The notes beneath the pieces are model-generated. The model saw only the letters and a list, made by a program, of their open reading frames with translations, was not told the DNA's origin and ran no database searches. DNA of 64,000 bases from Mycoplasma sp. Bg2 (lineage in GTDB: Bacteria > Bacillota_I > Bacilli_A > Mycoplasmatales > Hepatoplasmataceae): positions 3,799 through 67,798 of the forward strand of contig LSMY01000002.1 of the NCBI GenBank assembly GCA_001641225.1, written 5' to 3'. Below are positions 59,750 to 64,000 of the stretch, piece after piece (position 1 is the first letter of the stretch; each line of letters begins with the position of its first letter). The translations under genes and the position numbers were made by a program.

Positions 59750-60889
59750 TTATGCTTGGTGTTTTTTATATAAATAATATCCACCAGAACCAATAACTCC
59801 TGTAATGATTAAAAGTCCAGCAATTGATCCAGTTATTATTCCTACTTTAAGACCATTTGGATCACTGGGATAAAGTAAATATGATAAATCTTCATCATAT
59901 GTAACTAACTCACTATTTTCTCTAGCAAAAATACTTAAACCATCAGTATAGGTAAAATCAATCATTGAATTTTCATCAGTCATAACCGAACCATTAAATT
60001 GTAATTGATAGTTTCTTCAACCAATTTCTTCACCAAGTGTATCACTATCTTTTCAATTATCTATTTCACTTTTATAGTCAGCAGTATAAATTGAATATTC
60101 TGTATTTTCTGGTGATTTTTGATTATCTTGGTCAATTTTAGAATGGCCAGCAACTTCTTCTGTAACTATATTGATAAGATATATATCATCTATAGCTATT
60201 GAATTAGCAAAAGCATCATCAGTAGTTGTTGTTCCATCACCATTTAATAATTTAGGGTCATTTTTAGTTGAACCATTAGCTTCTAAAATTCCATTATCTA
60301 GATCAATTCTAAGATTTGTGATACCTGAAAATTCATCATCAAAGGTTACAAAACCAGCATTAGCTGTTGCAATGTAATCAGTTCCATTATCATCAATTGT
60401 AACTTGTAATTTTGCATCTTCATAGGAATTATTAAAAGTAGCATAATTGGTGCCTGACTCTGAAAGTGAAATAGCAACATGACCATTAATAGATCCATCA
60501 GATGAGTCTTCATAAGTTGGTTTAATTGTTTTTTCACTAAGAGAACTATTATCACCATTTAATCATTTTACTTCTTTAATATTTTCTTCTGTTATAAAAC
60601 CATCAGAAGTAATTGTAAAATCAACTGTTACTTTTTGTTTTTTACTTTCTTCGCCGCCTTTTGTTACATCAGCTATACACGTAGTTACATCACTTGTAGT
60701 AAGAGATATATTATGTGGATTTTCTTGATCAGAAATAATTATTTCTTCTCTATTTTCATTATTTAAATCTTGTTTAGTCTTTGTTTCATAATTAATGAGA
60801 GAAAAATTATTATTATTTAATAAACTACTTCCAAGTGGAATTGTTAAAGCAGCAACTCCTAATAAACTAATTAAATATTGTTTTTTCAT
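59750..60889 (-). CDS. Surface-anchored protein B (379 aa): same signal peptide family, distinct Asn/Asp/Thr-rich ectodomain, C-terminal TM anchor
   Basis: Frame checked codon by codon between ORFs 60563..60889 and 59750..59983, with only TGA interruptions. N-terminus MKKQYLISLLGVAALTIPLGSSLL. C-terminus VGIITGSIAGLLIITGVIGSGGYYLYKKHQA. Confidence 0.8.
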
Positions 60890-60962
60890 GTGCTTATTAT
60901 TTATTTCCTTTTCTAAAATTGATTTTCTATATTAATATTATTTTATCAATATCCTAGATAAT

Positions 60963-60992
60963 AAAAAAAACAGAACTAAGTTCTGTTTTTTT
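60963..60992. terminator. Terminator of surface gene C (hairpin acagaac-taa-gttctgt)
   Basis: aaaaaaaacagaactaagttctgttttttt lies 12 nt past the gene C stop. Confidence 0.7.
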
Positions 60993-61003
60993 GTTAAGAA
61001 TTA

Positions 61004-63970
61004 TTAAGCTTTATTTGGTTTAGCTTTATTTGCTAGATAAGTTAATCCAGCAGCAAGAGCTGCAATAATTAACAATACTGCGGCAATTATTCCAATAATT
61101 GCTCCTACTCCAAGAGATGCATCTTTTAATGTTAAAACTTCTTCAAGATTAGCTTCAATAATATCATCATCATGATCAGCATTAGAATTAGTAAATGTTG
61201 ATATCATTGTTCAACCATCATATGTTGTATCGGCAGTCAAATCTTCAACAATTATTGATCCTTCTAATTTTAAACCTTCTTCATTGTTAAGAATAGCCAT
61301 TTCATTTCCTTCTGAATCAACTATTTGGATTGTTGTTAAATTATAAGCATCACCATAAGCATCTGTTCCTTCAGTTGCAACATAATCAAATGTAACACTT
61401 GTTGCTGTTGTTTTATCTTTGTTTAATGTAGGAACCATTGTTGAATCTTCTTGGCTAGCATGTTCTTTTGTTGTAAATTCATCAACAGTTATTTCTTGTT
61501 CTACTCCTGATAAAGTTAAAACTAATTTTGTATGATAAGGTGTATTAGCTTTTAACTCTTCACTTGTTTTTAATGAATATGTATTACCTTCTATTGCTTG
61601 AGGACTTTCTTCTTTTGCAATAGTTACATCATTATCAGTATCAATTCATTCAACTTGATCAAAAGTTATATCATCATAAGTAGAAGTTTTACCAAGTTCT
61701 ACATCATAATTAATTGTTGCAGATGTGTCTTCTGTTTCCACACCATTTATTTTAATTGTTGAATCTTCTTCTGCTGTTAATGTTTGAACAGCTATCCCTT
61801 TTTCAGCTGGATTAGATCCTTCAGTTGTTTCAATAGTTAGAGTTGTACTATATGTGTGGTCAGATTCTAATTCTTCTACACTAATTGTTCCGTTTCCTTC
61901 ATCATCAGGTTGTTCTAATGTTTTATCGCTTTTATAAAGTACACCTTCATTTGCCTCATCAGTTAATGTAATTTCAGTTACAGTTGCTGGTGAATTATCA
62001 GCATTTGTACCTAATGCAATATTGTAGTCAATATCTGTACTAAATTTATCTTGTTTTAATGCGCTTGCACTAGTAATTGTTGAAGGTGTTTCTGCTGTTA
62101 ATGTTTGAATAACTATCCCTTCTTTAGTTGGGTTAGATCCTTCAGTTGTTTCAATAGTTAGAGTTGTACTATATGTGTGGTTAGATTCTAAACTATCTAC
62201 ACTAATTGTTCCATCACCATTTTCATCAGGTTGTGCTAATGTTTTATCGCTTTTATAAAGTACATTGTCTTTATCACCATCATCAGTTAACGTAATTTTT
62301 GTTACTTCTGCTGGTGAATTATCAGCATTTGTACCTAATGCAATATTGTAGTCAATATCTGTACTAAATTTATCTTGATTTGATGCTTCTGCACTAGTAA
62401 TTTTTGAAGGTGTTTTTGCTGTTAATGTTTGAATAGCTATCCCTTCTTTAGTTGGGTTAGATCCCTCAGTTGTTTCAATAGTTAGAGTTGTACTATATGT
62501 GTGGTCAGATTTTAATTCTTCTACACTAATTGTTCCATCACCATTTTCATTAGGTTGAGTTAATGTTTCATCACTTTCATAAAGTACATTGTCTTTATCA
62601 CCATCATCAGTTAACGTAATTTTTGTTACTTCTGCTGGTGAATTATCAGCATTTGTACCTAATGCAATATTGTAGTCAATATCTGTACTAAATTTATCTT
62701 GATTTGATGCTTCTGCACTAGTAATTGTTGAAGGTGTTTTTGCTGTTAATGTTTGAATAGCTATCCCTTCTTTAATTGGGTTAGATCCCTCAGTTGTTTC
62801 AATAGTTAGAGTTGTACTATATGTGTGGTCAGATTTTAATTCTTCTACACTAATTGTTCCATCACCATTTTCATTAGGTTGAGTTAATGTTTCATCACTT
62901 TCATAAAGTACATTGTCTTTATCACCATCATCAGTTAACGTAATTTTTGTTACTTCTGCTGGTGAATTATCAGCATTTGTACCTAATGCAATATTGTAGT
63001 CAATATCTGTACTAAATTTATCTTGATTTGATGCTTCTGCACTAGTAATTTTAGAATTACTTTGCCCGGTTGGTGTTTCAAAAGGAATATTACCAGTGTC
63101 AGCAGTTGTTATCCCATCGCTCATTGTTGTTGATAACATTGTAGTAGGATATTCTTTATCTCCTATTAAATTATTTGCTGTTATTGTACCTGTGGTTACT
63201 CCATCTATAGTGGCTTCATTTGTAATTGTAGTTTCAAAAGCATCATTATTATTTTCTACATTTATTCATTCAACACTTTCGGGAGGATATTCTACTGGTT
63301 TTCCATCAACATCAGTTCCAGAAGTAATTTTATAATCTACTTTTGCTGTTGTTGGTGTAGTTAAAACATCTTCACCACTTGTAATTTCAATTGTTGGTTT
63401 TAATTCAGAAGCAATTGAAGTGATATTTATTTCTCCTACATAATTTTCTGTTAGGTCATCAATTGTTTGGCCGCTATTAGGTTCAATCCCTTCTGCTGTT
63501 ACCATAAATTTTGTACTATCATCTTTTAGTTCTTGAATTCAAAGCCATGAACTAGGGTTTTCTTTTGAATTAACATCAATAGTTAAAGCGGGACCATCAT
63601 GTCTATCACTATCAAGTTCTGTAATACTTTTATATGTTTCAGATCAAATAGGTTCTTCTTGTTCGCCTTCTTCATAAATATTTAACCCTGTATCTTTTGG
63701 TTGAATTACCTTAAATTCAACTGGATCAGGCATTTCAAAAGTTGTATGAAAATATATTTCATCAATTGTATCACCGGCACTTGCTTCTCCATTATGGTCA
63801 TTATCAAGAACACCAACATTACTATCATTTTCAATAGTAATTCCAGTGTCTAGTCCGTTATCTTCATATATTGGAGTAATTTCAGTTGGATGAGTGGTTA
63901 ACAAACTATTTCCCATAGGAACAGCTATTGCCGTTAGTCCTAGTAAACCAATTAAATATTGTTTTTTCAT
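61004..63970 (-). CDS. Surface-anchored repeat protein C (988 aa): signal peptide, FN3-like modules including four near-identical 108-aa repeats, C-terminal TM anchor
   Basis: Five minus-strand ORFs (63970, 63505, 63139, 61438, 61207) share one frame. I read all the gaps and found only TGA. N-terminus MKKQYLIGLLGLTAIAVPMGNSLL. C-terminus ..TTYDGWTMISTFTN..GVGAIIGIIAAVLLIIAALAAGLTYLANKAKPNKA. Confidence 0.85.
61754..63049 (-). repeat. Four in-frame tandem repeats of 324 bp (108 aa) inside surface gene C
   Basis: The string gtagtcaatatctgtactaaatttatcttgatttgatgcttctgcactagtaat recurs at 62995, 62671 and 62347, with a diverged copy at 62023 (period 324). The two N-proximal units differ at only 2-3 positions. 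Confidence 0.95.
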
Positions 63971-64000
63971 ATTGCTATGTTTATTTTCCTTTCTTATAAA

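Noticed and set aside
61754-63049. A regular 324-bp repeat array could be mistaken for a CRISPR-like or satellite array.
   Set aside because: There are no spacer/repeat alternations. The units are contiguous, in frame, and encode a coherent protein module inside a verified CDS.

Overview
AT-rich (roughly 27-30% GC by eye) chromosomal segment that reads as a Mollicutes genome using translation table 4 (TGA = Trp). Nearly every break in the supplied standard-code ORF track is an in-frame TGA. Once these are read through, the fragments fuse into about 65 tightly packed, mostly plus-strand genes with Bacillus-like local synteny: secDF-like/hisS/aspS, plsY near parE-parC, yqeG-yqeH-nadD/yqeK, pepP-efp, trmH-like...pheS-pheT, mraZ-rsmH-ftsA-ftsZ-sepF, comEC-holA...rpsT, and fmt-lepA-obg. 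The content is largely housekeeping: ldh, three aminoacyl-tRNA synthetase loci, topoisomerase IV, ribosomal proteins L33/L32/S20, EF-P, the division cluster, nucleotide salvage, LepA and Obg. No rRNA, tRNA, CRISPR array, transposase or integrase was recognised. The accessory-looking parts are: (1) a minus-strand cluster at 57.6-64.0 kb of at least three paralogous surface-anchored proteins. They share a signal peptide, lack a lipobox, are built from FN3-like modules and end in a C-terminal TM anchor. One carries four near-identical 324-bp in-frame tandem repeats. (2) An uncharacterised three-member paralog family sharing an 'ISxYRKxxLxYxEI' C-terminal domain, two members forming a convergent inverted repeat at the left edge. 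(3) Three tandem deoxynucleoside kinase paralogs, plus a tdk-thyA-folA block. (4) Tandemly duplicated Xaa-Pro aminopeptidase genes separated by an unexplained 366-bp spacer. (5) Smaller oddities: a nadD-yqeK fusion, S20 with a PAKK-repeat tail, GTGG repeats at the mraZ promoter that may be an MraZ operator, and a DUF2779 nuclease-like gene. All function calls rest on motifs I could read in the translations and on gene order. No database search was possible.
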